A stretch of 64,000 nt of DNA from an uncultured Isosphaeraceae bacterium. Lineage in GTDB: Bacteria > Planctomycetota > GCA-002687715. Under the pieces are notes generated by a model. That model did not search any database, was not told where the DNA came from, and was given only the letters and a program-made list of their open reading frames with translations. The position numbers were made by a program, and so were the translations under genes. Location: contig CAZDQF010000020.1 of NCBI GenBank assembly GCA_964507445.1, positions 6,528 through 70,527 of the forward strand. Direction: 5' to 3'. Below, in pieces: positions 22,008 through 30,773 of the stretch (the stretch's first letter is position 1; the number at the start of each line of letters is the position of its first letter).

Positions 22008-22535
22008 ATGGCGTCCGTCCTGATCGGCATGGGTAGCAACCTGGGAGACCGCCAGGGCTGGCTACGTCACGCGCTGAAGCGCCTGGATCAAGACGCGCAG
22101 ACCAGGGTCGCCGGCGTCAGCCCCCTGTTCGAGACCGACCCCGTGGGCGGCCCGGCGGGTCAGGGAGCGTTCCTCAACGCGTGCGCCGTCCTGGCCACGG
22201 AGCGGGACCCCGCGGACCTGCTGGCCTTCATGCTCCGTATCGAGCAGGAGGCGGGCCGGGTCCGCACGGTGAAGGACGCGCCCCGCACCCTGGACCTGGA
22301 CATCCTGTTGTTCGGCGATCAGGTGATCCAGGAGGAAGGGTTGACCGTTCCCCATCCCGCCATGACCCAGCGTTGTTTCGTCATGACGCCGGCGGCGGAG
22401 GTGGCGGGGGACTGGCAGCACCCGACGGAGGAGCGCTCCCTGACCGCCCTGGCGCAGCGATTCGTCGGCGCGTCGGGGATCAGGCCGCTGGCCGCTCGCG
22501 CGTGGTGGACCCCTGCCCAGGAGGCGGCGCGGTGA
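22008..22535 (+). CDS. folK: 2-amino-4-hydroxy-6-hydroxymethyldihydropteridine pyrophosphokinase (HPPK)
   Basis: Motifs seen: IGMGSNLGDR, SPLFETDPVGGP, PRTLDLDILLFG, and VPHPAM..R.FV..P. Confidence 0.9.
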   Translation: MASVLIGMGSNLGDRQGWLRHALKRLDQDAQTRVAGVSPLFETDPVGGPAGQGAFLNACAVLATERDPADLLAFMLRIEQEAGRVRTVKDAPRTLDLDILLFGDQVIQEEGLTVPHPAMTQRCFVMTPAAEVAGDWQHPTEERSLTALAQRFVGASGIRPLAARAWWTPAQEAAR

Positions 22536-23395
22536 GCGAAGGGCTGGTGGTCTCCCGTGAGCTGACGCAGCTTCGTGAACGGATCGCTGCGGCCCGCTCC
22601 GGCGGGCGGTCCGTGGGGTTCGTACCCACCATGGGCGCCCTCCATGCGGGCCATGAGTCTCTGGTGGAGCGCGCCCGCGCCGACTGCGACGTCGTGGTGG
22701 CGTCCATCTTCGTGAACCCGCGCCAGTTCGCGCCGGGGGAGGACCTGGACGCCTACCCGCGCACCTACGACGCGGACACGGCGTCGCTCAGCCGGCTGGG
22801 GTGCGACCACCTGTGGTACCCGAGCGTCCACGAGATGTATCCGGACGGCCACGGGACGCGGGTGGAGATGGACGGCCTCACGGACGTGCTGTGCGGGGCG
22901 AGCCGGCCCACCCACTTCGGCGGCGTCCTCACCGTGGTCTGCAAGCTCCTGAACCAGGTGCAGCCGGACGCGGCGTTCTTCGGGCAGAAGGACTACCAGC
23001 AGGCCCTGGTCATCCGCCGCATGGTGGCGGACCTGGACATGCCGGTGCGGATCGAGACCTGCCCCATCGTGAGGGAGCCGGACGGGCTCGCCATGTCCAG
23101 CCGCAACCGTCGCCTGGACCTGGAGCAGCGCTCCCAGGCGGTGTCCCTGTCCCGCGCCCTCAACGCCATGCAGTCCGCCTTCTCCTCGGGGGAGCGGCGT
23201 CCTGACGAGCTGGTGTCCCGTGGAGGCGCCGCGCTCAGCGACGCTCCCCAGGTGCGCCTGGACTACCTGGAGATCCGCGACCCCCACACCCTGGCCCTGC
23301 GTCAGGAGGTCGCCGAGGTGGGGGATCTGGTGGCCATCGCCGCCTTCCTGGGCGAGGTCCGCCTCATCGACAACCTCCTGCTCGCGGCCCGCTGA
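22532..23395 (+). CDS. panC: pantoate--beta-alanine ligase
   Basis: The GTG start at 22532 overlaps the folK stop (GTGA). Motifs seen: GFVPTMGALHAGHESLV, SIFVNPRQF, FGQKDYQQ, and REPDGLAMSSRN. Confidence 0.92.
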   Translation: MSEGLVVSRELTQLRERIAAARSGGRSVGFVPTMGALHAGHESLVERARADCDVVVASIFVNPRQFAPGEDLDAYPRTYDADTASLSRLGCDHLWYPSVHEMYPDGHGTRVEMDGLTDVLCGASRPTHFGGVLTVVCKLLNQVQPDAAFFGQKDYQQALVIRRMVADLDMPVRIETCPIVREPDGLAMSSRNRRLDLEQRSQAVSLSRALNAMQSAFSSGERRPDELVSRGGAALSDAPQVRLDYLEIRDPHTLALRQEVAEVGDLVAIAAFLGEVRLIDNLLLAAR

Positions 23396-23432
23396 GCATC
23401 CCCTCCCAGCCCATGGTGCCCTTCTCTTATAA

Positions 23433-23463
23433 AATGATATTGAGACCGGCTCTCAGTATCATT
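23433..23463. promoter_or_regulatory. 13-bp near-perfect inverted repeat (AATGATATTGAGA-ccggc-TCTCAGTATCATT) in an AT-rich islet between panC and the porin gene; candidate operator or hairpin
   Basis: Read directly from the sequence. The arms at 23433-23445 and 23451-23463 are complementary at 12/13 positions; the one exception is T:G. The element lies 38 nt after the panC stop and about 50 nt before the porin ATG. It sits in the only conspicuously AT-rich stretch of this region. Confidence 0.4.
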
Positions 23464-23511
23464 AGCATGGGCTCAGCGGTCATGGGGAGACCGCGGCAGT
23501 TGGTTCTTAAG

Positions 23512-24849
23512 ATGCTGAAACACAAACAATTAGGCGCATTTCTTCTGTGCGCATGCGTGTGCGCGACGGCCTCCGCCCAGGAGGACCCGGATCGCATCCA
23601 GGCCCTCGAGGCCAAGGTGGCGGCCATGTCCGTGGAGCTCGCCGGCCTGCGGTCTGAGCTGGCGACGACCCAGGGGCAGCGGGAGGAGCAGTCCCGGATG
23701 GCCACGGACGCGGAGCTGGCCATCCTGGTGGAGGAGAAGGTGACCCAGGTGGCCGCTCTCCGGCAGGAGGAGGCGGCACCCCCGCTCGCCATCTCCGGCT
23801 ACTTCGACCTGGAGTTCCGCCACGACGAGGCCGGTGACAAGGACGACGAGTTCGACCAACACCGGCTCATCCTCAAGCTGCACGCGGACATCGCGGAGTC
23901 CATCGCCTTCGCCACCGAGATCGAGATCGAAGGTGGCGGCGTCGGCGCGGGACACCTGACCGACTCCGAGATCGTGGTGGAGTTCGCCGAACTCTCCTTC
24001 GCCATCCACGACGCCTTCAACTTCAAGGCCGGGGCCCTGCTGGTGCCCTTCAACCGGTTCAACCTGCTGCACGACTCGCCGGTTCAGGACCTGACGGATC
24101 GCCCCCTGGTGGATCGCCGCATCATCCCGACCACCTGGGCCGAGACCGGCATCGGTGCTTACGGCGCCGTGTACTGGGACTGGGGCAGCCTGGACTACGA
24201 CGTCATCCTCGGCAACGGCCTCACGGAGGACATCTCCGCCTCCGGGGGGACCAGGTCCGCCAGGGGCAGCTACCGGGAAGACAACAACGACAACAAGATG
24301 ATCATCGGTCGCGTCGGCTTCACCGTGGACGTCCCGTTCCTGGATGTCCTCAACGTCGGCACCAGCATCGCCCACGGCAAGTACGACGACGCCGGGGACG
24401 AGAACCTGACCATGTGGGGCCTGGACTGGACCCTGAAGAAGGGACCGTTCGAGCTGGTCGGTGAGTACGCCAACCTGGACCTGCAGCGTGGTCCGGCCCA
24501 GGTGATGGCCGGCGTCCCCGGCGGCATGGAGGGGTTCTACGTGGAGGGGCGTTTCCACTTCTTCCCGGACTCATGGCGTGGCAGCAGCGCATTCTTCACG
24601 GATCAGTCCACCTTCACCCTGGTCGCCCGGTACGGCGAGGCGGACACGGACGAAGGGGGCACGGCGGTGGACTTCGGAACCAGGGGAGACCGCTACCGGG
24701 ACGACCGCAGGCGCTTCACCTTCGGCTTCAACTTCCGGCCGGTGGAGAGCACCGTGTTCAAGTTCGAGTATCAGTGGTTCCTGGAGCCCTCCGGGATACC
24801 GGATGTCAAGAACGACCGCTTCGTCGCTTCCGTCGCGACCTACTTCTAA
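23512..24849 (+). CDS. outer-membrane beta-barrel porin (OprO/P- or DcaP-like) with N-terminal coiled coil
   Basis: The start is at MLKHKQLGAFLLCACVCATASAQ (a signal peptide). A coiled-coil segment follows, then alternating beta-strand-like sequence, and the protein ends in the C-terminal aromatic ...SVATYF. Confidence 0.6.
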   Translation: MLKHKQLGAFLLCACVCATASAQEDPDRIQALEAKVAAMSVELAGLRSELATTQGQREEQSRMATDAELAILVEEKVTQVAALRQEEAAPPLAISGYFDLEFRHDEAGDKDDEFDQHRLILKLHADIAESIAFATEIEIEGGGVGAGHLTDSEIVVEFAELSFAIHDAFNFKAGALLVPFNRFNLLHDSPVQDLTDRPLVDRRIIPTTWAETGIGAYGAVYWDWGSLDYDVILGNGLTEDISASGGTRSARGSYREDNNDNKMIIGRVGFTVDVPFLDVLNVGTSIAHGKYDDAGDENLTMWGLDWTLKKGPFELVGEYANLDLQRGPAQVMAGVPGGMEGFYVEGRFHFFPDSWRGSSAFFTDQSTFTLVARYGEADTDEGGTAVDFGTRGDRYRDDRRRFTFGFNFRPVESTVFKFEYQWFLEPSGIPDVKNDRFVASVATYF

Positions 24850-24861
24850 GGGTCTCCAGCC

Positions 24862-25191
24862 ATGACGCTCCGAAGCCTGATCATCGTCAGCCTGTTCGCC
24901 TGCGGCGGTGCGCTGGTCTCCTGCGAGAGCACCAGCTCCTACCTGCGCGCCGACGGGACCGTGGATTGCGAGATCCTCTACATGCGCCGGTGCAGCCAGT
25001 GCCACGCCCTCTACGACCCCGGTGACTACACCGATTCGGAGTGGGCGCAGAAGGTGCAGCGCTACGGCCCCCGGGCGGGAGTGGCGCCCCATCTGCGACC
25101 CTTGCTCGTGGACTGGCTGAGCCAGGCCAACGACGCCGAGGCCGCGGCGGACATCGCGCCCGCACCCGAGCCCGCGCCGAAATCCAATTAG
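24862..25191 (+). CDS. small lipoprotein with a single CxxCH haem-c binding motif (putative c-type cytochrome)
   Basis: It has a lipobox, LFAC. The motif CSQCHALYDPGDYTDSEWAQKV resembles mono-haem cytochrome c domains. It lies 12 nt downstream of the porin gene. Confidence 0.55.
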   Translation: MTLRSLIIVSLFACGGALVSCESTSSYLRADGTVDCEILYMRRCSQCHALYDPGDYTDSEWAQKVQRYGPRAGVAPHLRPLLVDWLSQANDAEAAADIAPAPEPAPKSN

Positions 25192-25322
25192 CTGAAAGAT
25201 CCGGGAGCCGGGGTCTATAGGTATGTCGTTCCCCGGGCGCCTCTCGGCGTCTTTGTCCCCTGTGCAGCTTCTCGGGGTCCGTCCCAAGGGACGGGCCCTC
25301 CAGACCGTGGAGAAGTTGTGCC

Positions 25323-28300
25323 ATGAAGACCAGAACCATCCTCCTCGCCATCTGCGCGCTCGCAGGACTGGCACCTGCCCAATCGGACCAGGAAGCCCTC
25401 AAGGCGGCGTTGTCCGCTCACACGGGGGTCCCCGTGGACGCCCTCGGCGACGTCAACTCCGCCGTCGTGAGGTTCAAGACCCTCGACATCATCCTGACCA
25501 GGGCGAAGGCCATGGACCGGACGAACGGCCAGCTGGTCAGCGCGTCCTGGGACCAGAACGGCGTCGCCCGTGATTACGCGGCGCTACGACTGGACGAGCT
25601 GAACGCTCGTCAGGCCAACCCCGCGGCCAAGATCGACGAGCGCCTGGTGGCGGCCATGGCAGCCGTGGACGGCGCCCCCCTGCGGGTGGGGGCGTGGCTG
25701 CACTCCGATATGACGGCCATCCACCAGTTCGTGGCGTCCATGCGCCAGGGCGTGGATCAGTCAACGCCGACGGAGATCCTCCAGGACATGGAGCGGACCA
25801 TCGACGTGTTCGTCAGCGGTCGCGTCGCGGAGGCGACCCAGCCGTTCGTCGGCGCCCTCGAGCTCCGGGGCATCCAGCCGCGGTATGTCTCCATCGGCGC
25901 CCCCGTGGTCTTCTTCGACGCCGACGCGGCACAGGTCATGGAGCTGGCGGCCCTGACCACGGTGGACACCATCTACCTGGAGTCCCTCGATGACCAGGAC
26001 ACCAACGAGGACGCCAAGGCGTCCCACCGCACCCGCCGGGTGCACCAGATGGGCGTGAAGGGCCGCGGCGTCAGGGTGGCCATGCTGGAGAACAACGGCA
26101 TCGACCCGGCGAGCCCGTGGCTCAACGTCTCGGGTTGGTTCCGGGTGCCCGAGGACCCGGACGACCACATCCACGGGACCTCCGGGTGCGTGGCGTCCCA
26201 GCACCCGGATCGTGGCGGCTCTGCGCCCAACGTGGAGCTGTTCAGCGCCAACGCCGACTCCTACACCGACGCCGACATCATCGCCGCCGCGGACTGGGCC
26301 CTCACCTCTGGCGCCGCCGGCGCCGGGGGAGGCGGGAACCCCTACGTGGACGTCCTCAACGGCAGCTTCGGCCCCACCTCGCCCTCCGGCGTCCTGGACA
26401 TGTCGGATCGCTACTTCGACTACCGGGTCCGCGCCGGCATCGACAGCGTGGTGCTCTCCGCCGGTAACGCCGGGACCGCCTCGCCGGTCGGCCACTGCGG
26501 CTGGAACATCATCTGCGTCGGCAGCTTCGACAACAACGACTCCGGAGATTGGACCGGGGACACCATGAGCACGTTCTCCTGCACCGCCGATCCCACCACC
26601 GGGTGTCAGAAGCCCAACGTCGTGGCGGTGGGCGAGAGCGTGGACACCCTGGGAGACTCCAGCGGCCTCGGCGGCGCCGGCCCCTGGCTGGCGGACAACT
26701 ACGCCGGCACCAGCTTCTCGGCTCCCTTCGTCACCGCCAACCTGTCCAACACCATGGTGAGCGGCGTCGGCGGCGGCACCGTGACCGCGTGGCCCACGGC
26801 GGGGATCGCCCTCATGATGGCGACCGCCTGGAACAACATCGAGGGCGCCTCCCGCCTCTCCGATGAAGACGGCGCCGGCGCCATCAACGGCCTCGCGGCG
26901 GTCCGCGCGGCCCGCAACCAGCAGCTCATCAACGACGTCGTGAACGCCACGGACTTCACCACCGGGACCTACGCCTGCGGCGGCACCTTCTATGCCCGCA
27001 ACATCTGGTTGCAGGCCGGAGACAAGGCCCGGGTGTGCATCGCCTGGCTGAGCAACGCCGACTCCACGTACACGACGGACACCCTGGACGCCGACCTGGA
27101 CCTGTCCATCTACGAGGGCTTCTCGGTCTGCGCTGGCGTGAGCCTCGCTTCGTCCCTCTCGTTCAACAACAACTACGAGATCGTCGAGTTCACTCCGACC
27201 ACCACCGGTTGGCACACTGTCCGCATCAACGACTTCAGCTTCGCTGGTGTGAGCGAGGACCTCAGCATCGCCTGGTCCCAGATGAGCGCCGACTCCTCGC
27301 GCTCGTTCAAGCTCCGGGAGTTCAGCGCGGAGAGCCTCGTGGTGGGCACCGGGCCGGTGCTGGGGACCAACTACTTCATGAACTTCGACGCCCCCAACAG
27401 CCCTGGCTGCCCCAACGTGATCTGCGCCCCGGGCTTCAACGGAGGTGCGGGCTACAACCTGGGCGGCGGCGCCCTCTCGCCCTTGTCCGTGAATCTCTGG
27501 TTCAACCTCTGGTTAGGCCAGTGGACCGGCGGCACCCCTGGCATCTTCCACTTCTGGGGCGGGAGCTTCGGAGCCCTGGACGCGGCGGGGCAGTACTTCG
27601 GCAACTTCATGACCATCCCGCCGTTCCCCGACCTGGAGGGGCTCGAGATCAGCCACGTGGGGATCGCGAGAGAGGTGGGTTATCCCGGATCCCTGAAGGA
27701 GTTGAGCGACGTCCACACCTTCAAGCCCTGGCCCGCGGGCGTCGACCTGGGGCTCGGCGATGACGACGACTCCCTCGTCACCCTGCCGTTCACCTTCACC
27801 TTCTACGGCTCGCCGTACACCCAGGTCTACGTCAACGCCAACGGCAACCTGACCTTCGGCGCTCCGGACACCGACTTCTCGGAGTCGGCGGCGGAGATGC
27901 TCGCCGGTCAGCCGCGCATCGCGGTGCTCTGGGACGACCTGAACCCCAGCGCTGCGGGGCGGGTGTTCGTCAAGCAGGTCACCCGCAACGAGCGGGAGGT
28001 GGTCATCGAGTACGTCAACGTGCCGCAGTGGGGGCTGGCGGATGAGAACACGGCGCGCGTCATCCTGCGCCCGGACGGTTCCATCACCCTCCAGTACCGC
28101 GACTGTGACATGGTCGACGGGCTCGTGGGCATCTCTCCGGGTGGCGGCCTCTCCGCAGCGGGGGAGACGGACCTGTCCGACCACGGCTACGACACCGGCT
28201 TCGGCAACGAGGCGTTGTACGAGGTGTTCGGCCTGACCAACCCCCTCGACCTGACGGATCCCCTCACGGACTGGTGGAGCGAGCTGCGGTTCAAGCCGCA

Positions 28301-28352
28301 GACTCCGGGATCGACCTCCTACCGCATCGAGGTGGATCTGGTCGCCAACTGA
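25323..28352 (+). CDS. secreted subtilisin-like (S8) serine peptidase with long C-terminal extension including a NIDO-like domain
   Basis: It has a signal peptide, MKTRTILLAICALAGLAPAQ. The His motif is HIHGTSGCVAS, the oxyanion Asn is in LSAGNAG, and the Ser motif is GTSFSAPFV. The region expected to hold the Asp motif reads VAMLENNGID. The C-terminal region reads LPFTFTFYGSPYTQVYVNANGNLTF...RIAVLWDDLNP. Confidence 0.85.
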   Translation: MKTRTILLAICALAGLAPAQSDQEALKAALSAHTGVPVDALGDVNSAVVRFKTLDIILTRAKAMDRTNGQLVSASWDQNGVARDYAALRLDELNARQANPAAKIDERLVAAMAAVDGAPLRVGAWLHSDMTAIHQFVASMRQGVDQSTPTEILQDMERTIDVFVSGRVAEATQPFVGALELRGIQPRYVSIGAPVVFFDADAAQVMELAALTTVDTIYLESLDDQDTNEDAKASHRTRRVHQMGVKGRGVRVAMLENNGIDPASPWLNVSGWFRVPEDPDDHIHGTSGCVASQHPDRGGSAPNVELFSANADSYTDADIIAAADWALTSGAAGAGGGGNPYVDVLNGSFGPTSPSGVLDMSDRYFDYRVRAGIDSVVLSAGNAGTASPVGHCGWNIICVGSFDNNDSGDWTGDTMSTFSCTADPTTGCQKPNVVAVGESVDTLGDSSGLGGAGPWLADNYAGTSFSAPFVTANLSNTMVSGVGGGTVTAWPTAGIALMMATAWNNIEGASRLSDEDGAGAINGLAAVRAARNQQLINDVVNATDFTTGTYACGGTFYARNIWLQAGDKARVCIAWLSNADSTYTTDTLDADLDLSIYEGFSVCAGVSLASSLSFNNNYEIVEFTPTTTGWHTVRINDFSFAGVSEDLSIAWSQMSADSSRSFKLREFSAESLVVGTGPVLGTNYFMNFDAPNSPGCPNVICAPGFNGGAGYNLGGGALSPLSVNLWFNLWLGQWTGGTPGIFHFWGGSFGALDAAGQYFGNFMTIPPFPDLEGLEISHVGIAREVGYPGSLKELSDVHTFKPWPAGVDLGLGDDDDSLVTLPFTFTFYGSPYTQVYVNANGNLTFGAPDTDFSESAAEMLAGQPRIAVLWDDLNPSAAGRVFVKQVTRNEREVVIEYVNVPQWGLADENTARVILRPDGSITLQYRDCDMVDGLVGISPGGGLSAAGETDLSDHGYDTGFGNEALYEVFGLTNPLDLTDPLTDWWSELRFKPQTPGSTSYRIEVDLVAN

Positions 28353-28386
28353 TCAGGGGAATCCCGCCGCTTCAGGCGGTCGGGGG

Positions 28387-29292
28387 ATGAATCGCGTGGG
28401 CGCCGGTGGGACAATCCCATCGGTGCCCATGCGATACCTACACCTGCACGGACCGGGTCGAGCTGCGACGAGTTGCGCGGCCCTCGCCGTCCGTACAGGG
28501 ATGACCGTGTCGGGCTTGTCGGGGGGCTCCAACGCCGACGAGGCGCGGGCGCTGTTGGGGGATGTCCCCTGGACCGAAGCCCCCCCCGCCGTCGTGAGCG
28601 CTCACACTCTGGTGCTCGTGGGCGCGCCGGACGACGCGCTGGACGCCGCCGCTCGGGACCTGGCTGGTTGCCGCTTCGACGAGGGGTGCGGGGTCATCCA
28701 CCTCTCCGGCGTGCGGGGTCTCGAGGCCCTGTGTCCGCTCGAGGAGGCGTCCGTCACCGTGGGCGCCTTCCACCCTCTGATGTCGTTCCCAACCCACGAG
28801 CCCCCGGGGCAGGACCTGGGCGGAGCCCTCGTGGCCATCGAAGCGCTCGCTCCGTTCGACGCCTGGCTCACGGAGCTGGCGCGCAAGATGGGGGGGAGCC
28901 CGTTCTCCCTCGGGGCGGGGTCACGGGCTGCCTACCACCTGGGCGCCGCCGCCGCGGGTAACGGCATCCTCGCCGTCCTGGAGTTGTCCTGCGCGGCGCT
29001 GCGGTCCGCCGGGGTGCCGCAGGACCAAGCCCTCCGCGGCCTCGGTCTGCTCATGTCCGGGGCGTTATCCAACGCGTCCGAGAAGGGGATCCCGGAGGCG
29101 CTGACCGGGCCCGTGGCCCGCGGCGACGTGCAGACCCTTGGCCGCCACCTAGCCGCCATGGAGGAGTCCCTCCCCGGACATCGGGAGTTGTACCTGGCCC
29201 TGGTCCGGGGACTCGCGGCCGTCTGCGAACAACGTTCCGACGACCGGACATCGGGAGCCGTTCAGAATTGGCTGGGGGAGGTGGACCCGTGA
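28387..29292 (+). CDS. Rossmann-fold NAD(P)-binding protein with DUF2520-like C-terminal domain
   Basis: Motifs seen: FHPLMSF, ALVAIE, AAYHLGAAAAGNG and GPVARGD, which resemble the DUF2520 / prephenate-dehydrogenase-like family. The start is uncertain, and MRYLHLHG is an alternative. Its stop overlaps the aroDE start (GTGA). Confidence 0.55.
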   Translation: MNRVGAGGTIPSVPMRYLHLHGPGRAATSCAALAVRTGMTVSGLSGGSNADEARALLGDVPWTEAPPAVVSAHTLVLVGAPDDALDAAARDLAGCRFDEGCGVIHLSGVRGLEALCPLEEASVTVGAFHPLMSFPTHEPPGQDLGGALVAIEALAPFDAWLTELARKMGGSPFSLGAGSRAAYHLGAAAAGNGILAVLELSCAALRSAGVPQDQALRGLGLLMSGALSNASEKGIPEALTGPVARGDVQTLGRHLAAMEESLPGHRELYLALVRGLAAVCEQRSDDRTSGAVQNWLGEVDP

Positions 29293-30773
29293 TCATCGTC
29301 GTCATCGCCGAGTCCAGCGTCGAGGCAGCGCGAGCGCGCCTCGCGACCCTCGAGGGCGGGCCCTTCAAGGGGCGCGTCATGGCCGAGCTTCGGGTTGACG
29401 CCCTGGACGAACCGGAGGCCGTCGAGGACCTGCTCCGTACGCCGGTCCCGGTCCTGGTCACGTGCCGTCGCCTGCGGGACGGCGGGCGTTGGCGCGGGAC
29501 CGAGGACGACCGCCGCCGTGTCCTCGAGCAGGCCATGGGGTGGGGCGCCTGGGGCATCGACGTGGAGGTGGACGTGCTCCCGGAGCTGCCCTTCGCCAGA
29601 GGGGAGCGGGTGGTGGCGTCCTTCCACGAGTTCAACTCCACCCCCGCGGAGCTGGATGAGATCCTCGCCACCGCCTTCGACGCGGGGGTCGGGCGGGCGA
29701 AGCTGGTCACCCGGGTGCGGGACCTGACGGACGTCCTGCGGCTGCGGCGCGCGGTCAAGCGGGCCCAGCACCCGGATCGGGTGGTGGCCTTCGGCCTCGG
29801 CCCCGTGGGCGTCCCCACGCGGCTGCTGTTCCATCGCATGGGCGCCTCGTGGGTGTACGCGCAGGCGTCGGGACCGGAGGCTGCGTCCCTGGCCCCGGGC
29901 CTGCCGCGTCTGCAAGAGTTGACGGACCTGTACTACCCGGACCCGTCCCTGCCGGAGCCCGTGGCCGTGTTCGGCGTCCTCGGCGATCGGGCCGAGGACA
30001 GCATCGGTTCCCTGGTGTTCAACCGGCTGTTCCGGGAGCGTCGCATGCCCGCGGTCTATGTCCCCATCAGCTCCCCGGGGGTGGTGGGGCTGCGGGAGGC
30101 CCTGAGGCTGTTCGGCGTCCGGGGACTCTCGGTCACCATCCCCCACAAGGAGGCCGTCCTCCCGTTGGCGGACCAGGTCCACGACCTCGCCCGGCGCATC
30201 GGAGCCGCCAACACCCTGGTCTACGACGAGGGCCAGCTGCGGGCCTTCAACACGGATTACCACGGCGTCATGGAGCCCATCGGCGCCGTCCGCAAGACGA
30301 CGGATCTCCGCGACCGGCGGGCGTTGATCCTGGGAGCCGGTGGCGCGGCCCGCGCCGCCGCCGCGGCGCTGTCGGACATGGGCTTCTCGACCCTCATCCA
30401 CGCCCGCACCCCCGAGCGTGCCCAGGCCGCCGCCCGCTCCCTGGGTGTGGAGGCCGGTCCGTTGCCGACCAGCCCGCCCGCGGTCATCGTCAACGGGACC
30501 CCCGTGGGCGGGCCGCGAGATCCGGAGGGGATCCCCGTACCGGGAGAGCTGCTGGGCACCGGGCAGCTGGTCATGGACATGAACTACCTGCCGCGGCGGA
30601 CCGCCCTGTTGACGGCGGCGGAGGCGGCGGGGGCCACCGTGATCGAAGGCGCGGCCATGTACACGGTCCAGGCCAGGCACCAGCTGCACCACTTCTGGGC
30701 GGGGCTGCCCGACGTGTCCGAACAACTGAAGGAGGCTGTCCATTGGGCGATGGCGCAACGGGCATCGTCCTGA
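29289..30773 (+). CDS. aroDE: bifunctional 3-dehydroquinate dehydratase (type I) / shikimate 5-dehydrogenase
   Basis: The AroD half has AELRVDAL, SFHEF..TP and a K in GRAKLV. The AroE half has GLSVTIPHKEAV, AANTLV, NTDYHG and ILGAGGAARAAAAAL. The GTG start is at 29289. Confidence 0.9.
   Translation: MIIVVIAESSVEAARARLATLEGGPFKGRVMAELRVDALDEPEAVEDLLRTPVPVLVTCRRLRDGGRWRGTEDDRRRVLEQAMGWGAWGIDVEVDVLPELPFARGERVVASFHEFNSTPAELDEILATAFDAGVGRAKLVTRVRDLTDVLRLRRAVKRAQHPDRVVAFGLGPVGVPTRLLFHRMGASWVYAQASGPEAASLAPGLPRLQELTDLYYPDPSLPEPVAVFGVLGDRAEDSIGSLVFNRLFRERRMPAVYVPISSPGVVGLREALRLFGVRGLSVTIPHKEAVLPLADQVHDLARRIGAANTLVYDEGQLRAFNTDYHGVMEPIGAVRKTTDLRDRRALILGAGGAARAAAAALSDMGFSTLIHARTPERAQAAARSLGVEAGPLPTSPPAVIVNGTPVGGPRDPEGIPVPGELLGTGQLVMDMNYLPRRTALLTAAEAAGATVIEGAAMYTVQARHQLHHFWAGLPDVSEQLKEAVHWAMAQRASS

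Noticed and set aside
25761-27215. 484-aa minus-strand ORF.
   Set aside because: It is antisense to the S8 peptidase catalytic domain.
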